A stretch of DNA of 64,000 nt from Azolla caroliniana (lineage: Eukaryota; Plantae; Polypodiophyta). Location of the stretch: the NCBI GenBank assembly GCA_043228905.1, contig JBHGNT010000012.1, positions 9,238,001 through 9,302,000 on the forward strand, read 5' to 3'. Positions 12,801 through 27,559 of the stretch are shown in pieces. A program made the position numbers and the translations under genes. Below the pieces are notes generated by a model that was not told the DNA's origin, ran no database searches, and worked only from the letters and a program-made list of their open reading frames with translations. Position 1 is the stretch's first letter. Every line of letters begins with the position of its first letter.

Positions 12801-14790
12801 TATAACAAGAGAATCAAGATGTCTCCTTCTTCATACCTTTTGATGAACACACAGTGATCGGCATGTGTTTTCTGGAACCGGTGTTCTATCATGAAGGACT
12901 CGAACTTCTTGTAACATTGGCATTGAGCTTGTTTCAGACCGTACAAGCTTTTCTTCAGTCAACACACCAGGTTCTCTTTCCCTTTCTCCTCAAAGCCTTC
13001 TGGTTGTTACATGTAGATTTCTTCTTCTACTGCCCCGTGTAAGAATGCGGTTTTGACATCCAACTGTTCGATCTCCAGGTCCATAGTGGCTGCTATACTC
13101 AGAACAGTTCGAATGGATGTCATCTTCACGACTGGTACGAATATTTCGTCGAAGATGACGCCCTTTTTCTGTTGAAAACCCTTCACCACTATGCGGACTT
13201 TATACCTGGGCTCACTATCGGCTTCTCCAATCTTCACCTTGTAGACCCATTTATTCCTGAGTGCTCTCTTACATTTCGGCAGCTCTACTAGGTCGTAGGT
13301 GTAATTCTCATGCAAGGATTCCAACTCATCTTGCATCGCGCTCAACCATTTCTCTTTGTGCACGTCAGCAATGGCTTCTTCATAGCACTCCAGTTCACAT
13401 TCATCAGTCAAGAGGATGTACTGACCGGCATATGTTGTCGGTGCTTTCCTTTCTCTGAGTGGGTATCTCCTTCCACTCGTTGTTGGCTCTCTTTCACATG
13501 TCTTTGCCAACTCTTCTCTTCGCTAGGGTTCTTGCACACCAATCGGCATCTCCAGGTTGGACGACTCCAACTCATACTCTTCAATTGACCTTAGCAACTC
13601 TGCCGACTCTGACTCAAAGTCGGTTGGTCTCTCCGAGTCGACCGACTCGGATTCGGCTGTGCCGACTGGCCGTCTCTGAACAGCCGATGTTGTTGTTTCA
13701 CTTAACCTTAGATCAACGATAGTCGGGGTTGACTGCGGAGTCATATCGAACTTCTGTTGCTTCCAGTCTTCAATCGTCTTATCTTCAAGAAAGACTATGT
13801 CCCGACTTCTCATTACCTTCTTGTCGACCAAATCCCATAGCCTATAGCCGAACTCATCTTCCGAGTATCCCATGAATATGCATGCCTTCGACTTACTATC
13901 GAGCTTTGACCTCTGATCCTTTGGTACATGCATATACCCCAAACATCCGAACACCCTCAGGTGTTGGTAGGAGTCATCCTTCCATGTCCACAATCTCTAT
14001 GGGACATCACCCTTTAATGGTACTCAGGGAGACCTGTTGATTAGATAAACAATTGTGTACATCGCCTCAGCCCAGTAGGATTTCGGCAGTTTCGCATGAG
14101 AGAGCATGCTCCTTACCCTCTCCATGATTGTTCAATTCATCCTCTCTGCAAGCCCGTTTAACTCTAGGGTCTTTGGCACTTTGTATTCAATCCGAATACC
14201 TTGGCACTTGTAGTATTCCTCGAATTTCCCTCTATACTCGCCACCGTTATCGGTTCGAACAGCCTTCAACTTCCAACCTGACTCTCGTTCAACTCAAGCC
14301 TAGAACTCCTTGGAAACCGACAAGACTTGATCCTTTGACTTCAGTACGAAGACCCATGTCTTCCGACTATAGTCATCGATGAACGTCACAAAGTATTGTC
14401 CACCTCGATGCGATGGAGCATCTACATAACACACATCCGTGTGTACCAGTTTCAGTGCAACCTCTCTTCTTCTTGGTGGTCTTGTGTGGAATGCTGATTT
14501 TTTCTGCTTTCCGACCAAGCAATCTGTTGAAAAACAGTGCTTGGCCACAACCGAGGAATAGGATTAACTCACAGAAAACGGGAAATACAAAATGCACGAA
14601 GATAATGGAGAGAAGAGTACACAGGATGTTTTACGTGGAAAACCCTAAATGGGAAAAAAAACCACGGGAGTCCTCAAACTCCAACGATCACTATAAACAG
14701 AGATGTACAATGGCGAAGCTACAAGGCAACAACCTTGGGCTCACTGTCTTCGCCACAGGCGGCGGTAATACACTGAGGCAACGACCTCTT

Positions 14791-14822
<32 letters not shown>

Positions 14823-15184
14823 CTGCTCTCACTTCCGCTCCCTCTAAATGAAAACAGAAAAAAAATGAGCAACAACATAAACCTGTTTGCCCTAAGTCAT
14901 ATTTATACGCATATGACTTTCGGGCTATTTACAAATATAGCCTCAAGGGCCCTTGGCAAACATATTCACAAATATGTCCCCGCATCCGGATCTCGCTCCG
15001 AGTACATTCATCATCCGGCTCCGTAGCCGGGGTCTTCATCATCCGGCTCCGTAGCCGGATACTCTTCATCCGGCTTCATGCCGGGTACTCCTCATCCTCT
15101 GGTTCCGTAACCGTAACCGGTCTTGCCGTCATTCATCTCCGGACATCCCATCCGGAGGGACCGAAATCCCAACAAACTCCCCCT

Positions 15185-17232
15185 TCACTTCGGCATGGGA
15201 TGTCTCTCCAATCTGATCCTCATCCGGCATGCTTCCAGCTTGTCGGGTGTGAGCACCTTGGTCAGCATATCCGACCCGTTTTCGTCTGTGTGGATCTTCG
15301 TCAGCACGAACTCCTTGTCTTCTATCCTTTCCCGGATCCAGTGGTATCTACACTGGATGTGCTTCGTCCGGGAGTGATAGGCCGCATTCTTCGCAAGGTG
15401 GATGGCACTCTGACTGTCGCAGTAGAGTCGGTACTCCTCCTGCCGGATACCGAGCTCTCTAATGAAGTCCTTCATCCATATTATTTCCTTGCCGGCTTCA
15501 ACAGCCGCCATGTACTCCGCCTCCGTAGTTGACAACACAACCGTCTTCTGCAGCCTCGACTGCCACGAAACAGCTCCCCCTGCATACGTCATCACATACC
15601 CTGATGTGGACCGGCTGGTATCTGCATCAGCCGACATATCCGAATCGGTAAAGCCGTCGAGTTTGGGCTTACCGGAGCCGAATCGGAGGCACACGTTTGC
15701 CGTGCCCTTCAGGTATCGGAGTATCCACTTGACCGCGTTCCAGTGCTCCTTGTCGGGATTGTTCATGTACCGGCTCACCACTCCGACTGCATATCCTATG
15801 TCCGGTCTGGTACACACCATTGCGTACATCAAGCTTCCGACGGCAGAGGCATATGGTACTTTCATCATGTCCTCCTTCTCAGCCTTTGTCTTGGGGCTTT
15901 GCTTGCTGGACAGCTTGCAGTTTGCCGGGAGGGTTGATCCGACCGGTCTTGCTTCCGACATGTTGAACCGGTGAAGCACCTTTGTTATGTACTTCTCCTG
16001 TGACAGCCACAGCTGCTTCTTCTTCCGGTCTCGGATGATGTGCATCCCTAGTATTTGCCTCGCCGGACCCAGGTCCTTCATTGAGAAGGTTCGGTGAAGT
16101 GCTTTCTTCAGCATCCGTATCTTGCCCTGGTCCCGTCCGACGATCAACATGTCGTCCACGTACAGGAGGAGTATTAGAAAGTCTCCTCCTTCGAACTTCT
16201 TCACAAACACGCAGTGATCGGACTGCGTTTTGTGGTACCCTTCGTTGGTCATGAAGGAGTCGAACTTCCGGTACCATTGTCGGGGAGCCTGCTTCAGTCC
16301 GTAAAGGCTCTTCTTCAACCGGCATACCAGGTGCTCCTTCCCTTTCTTCTCGAATCCTTCCGGTTGTTGCATGTAGATCTCTTCTTCGAGGTCACCGTGA
16401 AGGAATGTCGTCTTCACGTCCATATGTTCTACCTCGAGGTCCATGCTTGCCGCTATGCTCAGCACCGTCCGGATGGAGGTCATCTTCACTACCGGGGCAA
16501 ATATCTCGTCGAAGTCGACGCCCTTCTTCTGCTGGAACCCCTTCACTACGATCCTGGCTTTGTATCTCGGGGGGTTTCCAGCATCTCCCGGTTTCAGCTT
16601 GAACACCCACTTGTTTCGAAGTGCCCGCTTACCTTTCGGCAACTCCACAAGTTCATATGTGTGGTTCTCATGCAGGGAATCCATCTCCTCCTGCATGGCA
16701 CTTAACCACCTGCGGCTATGGTTGTCAAGCTTTGCTTCTTCAAAACTTTCCGACTCCCCCTCGTCGGTTAGCAGCACGTGCTCTGGTTCCGGAAATCTCC
16801 GGGGGGCCCTTCTCTCTCTTAGAGGATATCTCCGTTCCGGAGCTTCGGTAACCGGCTCCTCCGTTTCCTCTTCATCCGAATCCATTTCGGGGTCGGGGCC
16901 GGTTCCGGTATCAGTTTCATCTTCCTCGGCCGGTTCTGTTTCTTCACCGTCTTCGGCCGGATCCTCGAGTGCTAACCGGTCCCTTGCCGGTCGGGACTGC
17001 TTTTCGTAGAGTTGATCCTCACCGGTTGACTTGGAGCTCTTCATCTTCTTCTCCGACTCCCAGTCGGCGAGTGTCTTGTCCTCCATGAAGATGATATCTC
17101 GACTCCTGAATATCTTCTTGTCAACCGGGTCCCAAACTCGGTAGCCGAACTCATCGTCGCCGTAACCGAGGAATATGCATGGCCGGGTCTTTGGATCTAA
17201 CTTTCCTCTCCGGTCCTTTGCCACATGCACGT
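15185..17232 (-). CDS. Copia D pol 3' part (integrase C-terminus, RT, RNase H)
   Basis: LLYVDDML, FTDSDM, RTKHI motifs; open for ~680 codons up to the solo-LTR insertion. Confidence 0.9.
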
Positions 17233-18047
17233 TGTCGTGCCTTTCGGCTCCGGATCGTTGCGTGAGTCGGGTGGGAACCACAGAGGTCTTGGACTAGGAG
17301 AAAGAAGTTCGTGAGATAGAGATTAATTACGAGTAAATAGCAAAGAGAAAGATAAGAAACTCATGAATCACACGAGTATACTATATTAATTGGTACTTAG
17401 AGTGTTAAGAGAGAAGTAGATGTATAAATCGTGAATCCCACGAATAATTTTTGTATTGATTCATACTTAATCCAAATAATCAACAAAAACTACAATGTGC
17501 TCCCCATCCTTATATAGTGATGGGAGAGACTAAGCATAGCTACATGCTTTTTCTCATATGTTCATGCACACTAAATGTGCATGTGATGCTTTTCTAATCC
17601 TTACTTTTATTTGCTAAATATAGTGCTCATGCACGCTAGATGTGCATGAGTCACTTTTTAGTTGCTTGCGTTTTTCTATAAAATATTCACGCACTCTAAA
17701 AATGCATGATTTACCTTTTAATAAAGGTATGCATAAATACAGGTCTTATAAGTATTAAATCTATATTTAAAACACTTAAGATAAGTTAATGTAATGGTAA
17801 GGTTGGGGTTTGTCAACGTGGAGGTGCAGAGTTCGAATCACGCCCTGCGCAGTAGTGAGTATTTCCTTTTTTTTTTTACATTTATGTCTCTTTATCCGGC
17901 TCTTCCTTGCCGTTTTCTTCCTTGCCGGTATGCTGTTTTCCTCCTTGCCGGTATGCCGTTTTCTTCCGGTTCTCACCGAGCACTCCATTCTCTATCCGGA
18001 GGGACAAAAATATAATTTCCACATAGTGTGCAACCTACACTACGACA
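17233..18047 (-). mobile_element. Solo LTR related to family A, reverse orientation, TSD ACGT, inserted in the Copia D integrase
   Basis: TGTCGTGCC...TACGACA ends; ACGT on both sides; removing it restores GCLAYVHVAK. Confidence 0.9.
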
Positions 18048-20077
18048 ACGTATGCGAGACACCCGAACACCTTCAGATGCCGGTAGGACACTTCCTTACC
18101 GGTCCACACTCTCTGCGGCGTGTCTCCGTCCAAAGGTACTGAGGGTGATCTGTTTATCATGTATGTCGCCGTCGACATTGCCTCAGCCCAAAACCCCTTG
18201 GGTAATTTCGCATGCGCCAGCATAATCCGGACCCTCTCCATTATGGTCCGGTTCATCCTCTCGGCCAGCCCGTTTAGTTCCGGCGTCTTCGGCACAGTAA
18301 ACTCGAGCCGGATTCCCTTCGAGCGACAGTACTCCTCGAACTGCCCCCGGTATTCCCCTCCGTTATTCACTCGTATCGCTTTCAGCTTCTTGCCGGATTC
18401 TCTTTCCACTCTCGCATGGAGTTCTTTGAAGACGGACAATACTTGGTCCTTTGTCTTCAACGGTGCCGTCCACAGCTTCCGGCTATGGTCATCTATGAAT
18501 GTTGCGAAGTACTGAGCTCCGCCATGTGACTTCGCTTCTACTTGACACACATCAGTGTGTACCAACTCCAATGGTGCGCTACGTCTCGTCGGTGGCCTTG
18601 AGTGGAAGGAGGTCCGGTTTTGCTTACCGGCCAGACAGTCGGTACACTTCCCCAGGTGTACGTGCTTTACCGGTATCAGGTTGTCATCGGCAAGCCTCTT
18701 CATCCCCTTCTCACTCATGTGGCACAGTCTCTTGTGCCACAGCTCACCGGCAGTGTCGGCTGCCACGTTCAGCTCCTCCGGACATAGCCGGGAATTCATC
18801 AGGTACAGTGTATTGACCTTCCGGGCCCAAGCCACTATCAGGCTCCCTTTGCTGAACTTCATGACACCGTTCCGGATGCTACCCGTGTAGCCTTCATCAT
18901 CTAGCCTCCCGGCCGAGATCAGGTTCAATCGGACCTCCGGAACGTGTCGTACATCCTTCAGCAGCATCTTGCATCCGGTTGATGTCATCAGCCACACGTC
19001 TCCTATGCCGGCAATCCGACATGTGCCTTCATTTCCCATCCGGACACAGCCGTGCTCACCGGCTGTGTAGGATGAGAAGTATTTCTTCTCCGGGGTCAGG
19101 TGGAACGACTCTCCGGAATCGACCACCCAGGTCATCTCTACACCCGGAAGGTTCAGCTCCCTCTCTTCGGTAATGAGCATTATCTCTTCTTCACTTGCCG
19201 CGAGTGCCGTCGTTCCTTTCCGGTCCTGCCCTCGCCGATCCGGACCTCTCTAGTCCGTGGCTCCCCGGTATGCACCGTTTCTCTCCGGTGACTTCTTCGA
19301 ATCGGTGTCGTCGGCTCCGTTGTCCTTTCGGTAATGCCGACAATTCTTCCGGAAGTGCCCCGGCTTCCCACAGTGGAAGCATGTGGGTCTTCCTCTTGAC
19401 TGCGACCGGGTCCCCGACTTCTCCCGTCTTTGCGGACTCCGGTTCCATTGTCTTCCCCGATCCGATTCGGTAAGCAGCATCTTCGGATCAGAAACCGGTT
19501 CTTTATCTCTCCGACGCGCTTCTTCGTTCAAAATGCTTGTCTTTACCGTTTGTAGAGACAAGTTATCTTCGGTGCAGAACGTGCTGAGAGTCACCACCAA
19601 GTTCTCCCAGCTTTCCGGCAATGTACACATCAGAATGATGGCTTGCATTGCATCCTCCAACGGGAACTTGATCGCCGCAAGCTGGTTCACGAATCCCATG
19701 AACGTGCTCACGTGTTCCACCATATTCTCGTCGTCCCGGTACTTGAGGTTCACTATCTTCCTCATCAGGGAGGTCCGGTTCAACGCATTCTTCCTCTCGT
19801 AGAGGCCCGACAGCTTCTTCCACATCTCATATGCGTTGGTGTCATTCGCCACATGTTATAGAACGCTTACATCGACATATTGCCGGATCGTCGCTACGGC
19901 TTTCCGGTTCAGGAGCTTCCACTCCGACTCTATTACCCCCTTGGGTATCTCAGCATTGTCGATCGGTTCATACAGGTCTCGGACGATGAGAAGGTCTTCC
20001 ATCTTTATCTTCCAGTCGGCGTAGTTATGTGAGTTCAACACCATCATGCCCGGAGGCCCACTACCGCCGCCTTCCAT
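18048..20077 (-). pseudogene. Copia D gag-protease-integrase with a stop and frameshifts
   Basis: CFHCGKPGHFRKNC knuckle, WVVDSG, LWHKRLCH, LVHTDVC, NGLAERMN. Confidence 0.85.
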
Positions 20078-20376
20078 TTTCTGTGTTAACCTCGCTCTGA
20101 TACCAATTTGTTGAAAAACAGTGCTCGGCCACAACCGAGGAATAGGATTAACTCACAGAAAACGGGAAATACAAAATGCACGAAGATAATGGAGAGAAGA
20201 GTACACAGGATGTTTTACGTGGAAAACCCTAAATGGGAAAAAAAAACCACGGGAGTCCTCAAACTCCAACGATCACTATAAACAGAGATGTACAATGGCG
20301 AAGCTACAAGGCAACAACCTTGGGCTCACTGTCTTCGCCACAGGCGGCGGTAATACACTGAGGCAACGACCTCTTC

Positions 20377-20407
<31 letters not shown>

Positions 20408-23400
20408 CTGCTCTCACTTCCGCTCCCTCTAAATGAAAACAGAAAAAAAATGAGCAACAACATAAACCTGTTTGCCCTAAGTCATATTTATACGCATATG
20501 ACTTTCGGGCTATTTACAAATATAGCCTCAAGGGCCCTTGGCAAACATATTCACAAATATGTCCCCGCATCCGGATCTCGCTCCGGGTACATTCATCATC
20601 CGGCTCCGTAGCCGGGGTCTTCATCATCCGGCTCCGTAGCCGGATACTCTTCATCCGGCTTCATGCCGGGTACTCCTCATCCTCTGGTTCCGTAACCGTA
20701 ACCGGTCTTGCCGTCATTCACCTCCGGACATCCCATCCGGAGGGACCGAAATCCCAACACAATCGACGAACTTCTTCAGGTGCACTCCCTTGACTTTTGG
20801 TAGAAGCTTTTGGTCGGCTAGCTGGTGCATTCCTTTCTCACTCATGTGTCCTAGCCTCTTATGCCATCTCTCTCCTGCTGAGTCGGCTTCCACATTTACA
20901 TACGATTTGCACAGTCGGGCATGCATCATATATAATGTGTCTTCTTTCTGTGCTCGGGCCACTATAAGTTTTCCTCAATAGAACTTCCACTTGCCATTCC
21001 AAAAGCTACCACTATAGCCTTCGTCATCTAACCTTCCAGTCCATATCAGCTTCAATCTGATATTGGGCACGTGTCAAACATCCTTCAGAGTCAGTCGACA
21101 CCCTATCGACGTCGTCAAGCGGACAGTTCCGACTCCGGCTATCTTGCATTCTCCATTATCACCCATTTTCTCATAAGCGTGATCTCCGACTATGTAAGTC
21201 GAGAAATACTCTCTCGACAGAGTTATGTGGAATGATATCCCGGAATCCATCACCCACATGCAATCCTCACTCGCAATATTTGCACTTGTCTGTTCACAAA
21301 TGAGCAACAGTTCTTCATTGCTCGTAGCAATGGCCGAAGTGTTCTTTTGATAAAGAATCTTCTTGGTTTCGACATTGTTTCCGACACTCTTATCTCTTCT
21401 CATGTGTCGGCAATCCTTCTGAAAGTGTCTAGGTTTTCCACAATAGAAGCACAGAGGCTTACCTCTGGACTTCGATCTAGCGTGGAATTTGTCAGTTCAT
21501 TGTGGACTTCTTCTTCGCTGGTCCCTTCCTCTTTCCGACTGCTGAGTCACATTCGACTCCGATTGGGACATGACTCCTTTGTCCTTCCTCCTTGCCTCCT
21601 CATTTAGGATGCTTGTCTTCACCGTTTGTAAAGACAAGTTCTCTTCTTGACAGGAGGTGCTGAGAGTAACCACCAGGTTCTCCCAGTTGTTCGGCAGTGT
21701 GCACATAAGCAAGATGGCCTACATTGCATCATCCAAGGGAAACTTGGTCGCGGCACGTTGATTTACATAGCCCATGAACGTGCTAATGTGTTCGACGATG
21801 CTCTCACTCTCTCTGTATTTCAACTTTACGATTTTTCTCATCAACGAGGTTTTATTGAGCGTGTTCTTCCTCTCATACAGCCATGATAGCGTCTACCACA
21901 TCTGGTGGGCATTTGTGTCGTTCGCCACATGCTGAAGGACACTTACGTCGACGCACTGTCAGATGGTGGCCACTACCTTTCTGTTTAGAAGTTTCCAATC
22001 CAAATCCAATACCCCCCTAGGTATATCTGCTCTATCAATTGGCTCATAAAGGTCTGTCACGATGAGAAGGTCTTCCATCTTTATCTTCCAGTCTGCATAG
22101 TTCTCTGAGTTTAGAACTATCATACCTGGGAAACCGCTCACACCTCCTTCCATGCTTGCACCTCAAGCTTTGATACAAGTTGGTGTTGAGAAATCGTTTG
22201 GTCAAATCACAATAAGCGAACTATGCTGAAATACGAATCACAAATATGCCAAAAAACAGACAACAATGGTGCACAAAGATTTAACGTGGAAACCCTAAAA
22301 CAGGAGAAAACCACGGGAATAGAGCTTCACTATGTATAGTGGATATACAACACAAAATGTTACAACACTCCTTCGAGTGTATCAACCACACAGGGCTCTT
22401 GGCGTTTGCTATACGCACACAGCTATGGCCTCACTCTCTGTCTCACACGCTCACACACTACTTCTGTTCTACTCACACACACACATTTTCCCTAAATATA
22501 TTTATACTAATACATTGTATGGGCTATTTACACATGTCGCCCCTACTACATATTATCACTATTATTATCATTACAATAATAATAATCAACCTATTAGAAA
22601 AACCAGTCAACTCTATGTTTTACTCTTCAACTGTCGGCTATTTCCGAACAATCGGTTCTTCCCTGTCTTTGTTTGTCGGCTCTCCTTGGTCCGATCAGTC
22701 GACTCCTCGTAGTTATCGACTGTCAACTACTCTTGGATAGTCGACTCCTCCTCCCACTGTAGGGAAATATTCCCAATAGTCAGAGCAAGCGGTAGCGGCG
22801 GAAGAGTCAAGAAGGACAAAGCTGACCGGAAGAAGGGCAAGACCCGTACGTGGTCTGATGTGGTGTAGGGCCTAAAAACAGAAGACGAGTTGGAGACTAC
22901 TAACTCAGACAAGAGCTAGAACGAATTGGAGGAAACCAATTTGGTTCGACAGTTGGATTCGGAAGAGTCGGATCAACTAAAGGCTAAGCAGACGAGAAGA
23001 AAGTGGAAGTCGACACCGATACGGAGGAACCGATGGGTTGACAAGCACCAGAGTCATAGTAGTGAAGGAGCTTAAATGGGCCTGTTGAGTAGAGAAACCG
23101 ACCAAGGAGGTCGAGGTGCGTAGAACCGGACAGGTCGTGGGAAGCAGAACTAGACCAAACGAGGAGCGCAAGCAAGGTGGGAGGACGCTACAAGGAGTCG
23201 GACGGAAGAACTGGCTACCACAAAAACTGACGCCACGATCTGACCTCAAGTTGAGCTTGAGGTGGAGTGTTAAGCGAGCAAGCTCAACCAGATCTGGATC
23301 GGCTGAATAAGGGAAAGCCGGATCAGTATCTGGAACGGAGAACTGGATCGGTGTCCGAATGATATCCCAAACGAGGAGCCGGATCAGATTGAAACCGATA

Positions 23401-23716
23401 GGCCATTAGAGGCCTACGGATCCAGCCTAGTACGTAGGCATATTTGTGGGAATCAGTGAGAGTCGCTCATATGAGCATTGAAGTACCTGTCAGTACTTCT
23501 GTGAGTCCTTTATGGACTTGTATAAAAGTGCTCTCTGAGCACATTCTATGTACACAGAGGATTATTATTTTAGAATAGAGTTTTATGTTCTGCTTTCTCT
23601 CTATCTCTCCTGTGTATGCTAAATATTCTCAAGCTTCCATTGAACCTATGTTTTCTATTCTTTGTTGTTGCCTGGCTAAACCGGTTTTGTCAACCTTCCG
23701 CTCGCTAACTTTTACA

Positions 23717-26700
23717 AACTATTGTGTACATGATTAATAGATCACCTTCAGCACCCTTGGATGGAGACATGTCATACCGACACTTGAAGGTGTTCAGTTG
23801 TGTTGCTTATGTGTATGTAGCTAAGGATCAAAGAAGAAAATTGTATCCAAAGTCTCAGCCATGCATATTTCTCGGTTCCGGAGATGATGAATTCAGCTAC
23901 CGACTATGGGACATCGTTACTAGAAGGTCATTCGGAGCCAAGACATAGTCTTCATGGAGGAGAAGACTATTGTCGACTAGGAGGAGTCGAACACATCCCC
24001 CCGAACAGTAGGAAACCAACGGTCGACTAAAAAACATGGAGAGTCGATCGAATTCAGACAACGAGTTGGGTTGGTCGGAGGCTAGTCGGGATTCCGAGTT
24101 GGATCCAATGAAGAAGAAGTAGACGACTCCAACCCAGACGAAGAACCAGTCAAAGGAGAAGAAGAAGATCCTAGTGAGCCAAATTAGGACAACAGAGGAA
24201 GAAAATACCCTCTGAGAGAGAAGCCCCCCCCGGAGATTTCTAGATAAAGAATATGCGCTACAAATCAACGAGGGGGAGCAGGAAAGCTTCAAGGTAGCAA
24301 AGAAAGACACCCACAACAGAGAGTGGCTAAGGATCATGTAGGACGAGATGGATTCCATGCATGAAAACCACACATATGAGTTGGTGGAATTGCCGAAATG
24401 AAAGAGGGCACTCTGAAACAAGTGGGTGTATAAGCTGAAGCCGAGAGATGGCAGGAATCCACACAGATATAAAGCCCGAATTATTGTAAAAAGCTTGCAA
24501 CAGAAGAAGGGTGTCGATTTCGATAAAATATTTGCCCCAATGGTGAAAATGACCTCCATTCGAACAATGTTGAGCATAGCAGCTAGCATGGATCTAGAAG
24601 TCGAACTGATGGACATCAAGACAACATTTCTGTAGGGGGATTTAGAAGAAGAAATCTATATGCAACAACCAGAAGGATTCGCCAAGAAGGGGAAGGAGAA
24701 CCTAGCATGTCAGTTGAGGAAGTGCCTATATGGACTGAAACAGGCCCTTCGACAATTGTACCGGAAGTTCAAATCCTTCGTGGCTGACCAAGGGTACCAC
24801 AAAATGTTGGCTGACCACTGCATGTTTGTGAGGAAGTTCGACAATAGAAAAAAGTTTGTGAGGAAGGCCGACCACTGCATGTTTTTCAAAAGTAGAAAAA
24901 AGTAAAAACAAAAACAAAATGCAAGGCATGGAATTGAGGAGAAAGGTAGAGAAAAAACCTTGTAATTTCCTTGGCCAATTTCCAAATTAGAAAGGAAAGA
25001 CGCATAAGAAAGCTAACATAGAGAGCTTTCCTATAATATCTTGCATTTCTAAATAGTGATAGAAATAAAACTCGACTCATATAAACAAAGCTTTTTTTAG
25101 GAGAAAACAAAAGGCAAGCCATAGAAAACCTATAAATAAGAGTTATTCTTAAGAAGAAGGGTAAATGGATGGGGATTTTAAGAAGAAAAGATTTATGTTC
25201 CCTCTCTCATACTCTTATACCCCGAAAGGGGAGATAGAAAAAAAAATGTAACAAAATAAGTCCATCTAGTGATAAAAAACTTTCCATGTTTCCTCTCTCA
25301 TTCTCTCTTACTTTAACTTTGTTTATGTATAAGTATAATTAAGTGTTATTCATACTCTCTTATGCTAAGCATTATTACTTATAAGCATAATTAAGTACTA
25401 TTCGATCTCGCATAGTCTCTTACTCAAAGATTTTCTTGTGCATAACTATAATTAAGTATTAATCAATCTCGCATACTATCTTACTCTTATTCAAGGAAAA
25501 TATCTCGTCTTAAAACTTGAAGTGCATAAATCATTCAGCCCTAAATCCTTCCAGTCCAGAACCTCAGTGGTTTCGCCTCACAGTCTGCACTTACTAGCGG
25601 ATTTTCACGACAATGTCACAAAGGTGCTCCAGAGATTTGGCATTGACAACGCAAAATTGGTCAGTTCGAGACTCCCGACAAACAACAAGTTATCTTCGAC
25701 AAAGTGTCCAAAGACAAAGACAGAAAAAACTGAGATGATGAAGGTGCCTTATGCCTTAACAATCGGAAGCCTGATGTACGCAATGGTATGTACTAGGTCA
25801 GACATTGGATATGCAATCGGAGTTGTCAGCGAATAAATGAGCAACCCCGAAAGAGAGCACTAGATAGTAGTTAAGTGGATACTTCAGTACCTGAGAGGCA
25901 CCTGGAGCATGTGTTTTCGATTCGGCTCAAGTAACCTTGTGTTAGAAGGTTTCACCGATTCAGACATGTCGGTTGATGTAGATACAAATCAGTTCACGTC
26001 CGAGTATGTGATAACATGTGCAGGGGGAGCCATCTCATGGCAGTCAAGGTTGTAGAAGGTCGTGGCATTGTCAACCACGGAAGCCAAGTACATGGCCGTT
26101 GTCGAAGCCGAAAAGGAAATGATATGGATGAAGGAGTTTGTCTGAGAGCGTGGAATTCGACAAGGTGAATTCTGACTCTACTGTGACAACCAAAGTGTCA
26201 TCCACCTAGCGAAGAATGCAACCTACCACTCAAGGACCAAGCATATTCAAAGGAGATATCATTGGCTCTGAAGGGGAGTTTGCTCTGATGAAGATCCACA
26301 CATTGGAGAACGGATCTGACATGTTGACAAAGGTGTTGGGTCAGATTAGTGCATTCCCATCCGAGGTGAAGGGGCAGTTTGTTGAGTTTCAGGTCCCCTC
26401 GGATGTGTTGAGTTCTAGATAGAGGTGTGTTCTGGATCAGATGACACCGATTTGAGAACCGGATGGAGTCAAGATAAGTATCCAGAAGAAGGTCAAAACT
26501 ATAAATAGGTTTTGTATCAAGCTTATTTAGGCCAGCTATATACATAGCTCAAACATTATCTAAGTTTAAAGATAACTAGGGAAAACTGCTTGTAGGTGTG
26601 GGTTGTAGTTGAGTAGTCTTGTTCACTATGTAGTTAGTGCTAGTTGTTGGAAAAACCTGTGTGCAGCATGGGTGAGGTCGTTCGCTTTGCAGCAGAGCAG

Positions 26701-26875
26701 CCATAGCCACAAAGAGAGAGAGAGAGAGAGAGGTAGCGAGAACTTCTCTATTGTAACTGCCTGTCAAAGAAGTGTACGAGCTAAGGTCGGTGCCTTATGA
26801 GTTCGTTCGTTGTATATTGGCTGAGATCCTGTTTTTCAAATCAGTATCATCACATTTGGGAGTTCCTCATCAACA
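23717..26875 (+). mobile_element. Heavily decayed Ty1/Copia 3' half (integrase end, RT, RNase H, PPT, probable LTR 26380-26875)
   Basis: YKARIIVK, YGLKQA, YAMVCTRSDI remnants; GAAGGGGCAG PPT followed by TGTTG...CAACA. Confidence 0.75.
24890..25612 (+). mobile_element. Divergent, 5'-truncated LTR related to family A inside the decayed Copia RT
   Basis: AT-rich block ending ...CCAGAACCTCAGTGGTT...CACGACA, like the family-A 3' end; 5' end not resolved. Confidence 0.5.
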
Positions 26876-27559
26876 AGAAGCTTGAAATTTGAAAGATCAA
26901 CACCAAGGTGAACATCGTTAATGGCCTAACCAAAACGTTGCCAGATTATTGCTTCAGGGCACTTAGAGTGCCAAATACAGACATATGATGGACTTACTAT
27001 TCACATTACCCCATTGGACAAACTAGGTTAGGCTATTCTTATAAATAGCATAAAGGACAATTGCCCTAGTTTGGTTAATATATAACCAACTTTGTAACCC
27101 CTTTGTAGATTGATATCATTGTCATTCTTGAATAATACATGTTATATTTTATTTGTACGCAAACATGTTACCTTTATAGCCATTTGAAACATTACTTTGG
27201 GATGTTAAATTAACATTTTAATTTTAATCTAAGCTTCATTCCTTTGGGAGAAACATTATTTAGCATTGATTATTTCATTGTTTAGCATAGATTATTTTCT
27301 ATTCCTTTCATTGTTTATCATAGCTTGATTATTGTTTACATTTGGGAGAAACATTACATTTGGAATGTTATATTAATTATGTTTTACTATGTCTAAGCTT
27401 GACTATTTTCATTGTTGATCATCGAATATTGCTCCATTTAAGAGAAATTGACAAAGAAATCATTGTGCAAACATAATCGCTAAGGATTAGATTGTGCAAA
27501 ACATAATCACTAACTGTAGATATCATTAAACTTTAGTGCACATCCTCACAATGTTAGAA

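Larger units (their letters stand above)
14525..20759 (-). mobile_element. Young Ty1/Copia element D nested in C; LTRs 14525-15174 and 20109-20759, TSD CAATC
   Basis: Near-identical 650/651-bp LTRs, 5-bp TSD, PBS TGGTATCAGAGC (20094-20105), PPT, and long pol ORFs. Confidence 0.95.
11207..22778 (-). mobile_element. Degenerate full-length Ty1/Copia element C (Tnt1/Tork-like); LTRs ~11207-11814 and ~22184-22778
   Basis: Paired ~600-bp direct repeats, PPT next to 11815, decayed Met-i PBS at ~22167-22178; gag, integrase, RT and RNase H pieces with many stops. LTR ends uncertain by ~3 bp. Confidence 0.85.
9804..23716 (+). mobile_element. 3' part of Ty1/Copia element family B (RT-RNase H at 9804-11200, 3' region at 22779-23267, 3' LTR at 23268-23716); hosts nested elements
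   Basis: HQMDVKNAFL, YINADWAGD, HYHFVRE motifs; purine tract GAGGTGGAG then TGTT...TTTTACA LTR resembling the LTR at 32577-33033. Confidence 0.8.

Noticed and set aside
15200-17009. Many antisense ORFs over retroelement pol
   Set aside because: Shadow frames of GC-rich coding sequence with no motifs.
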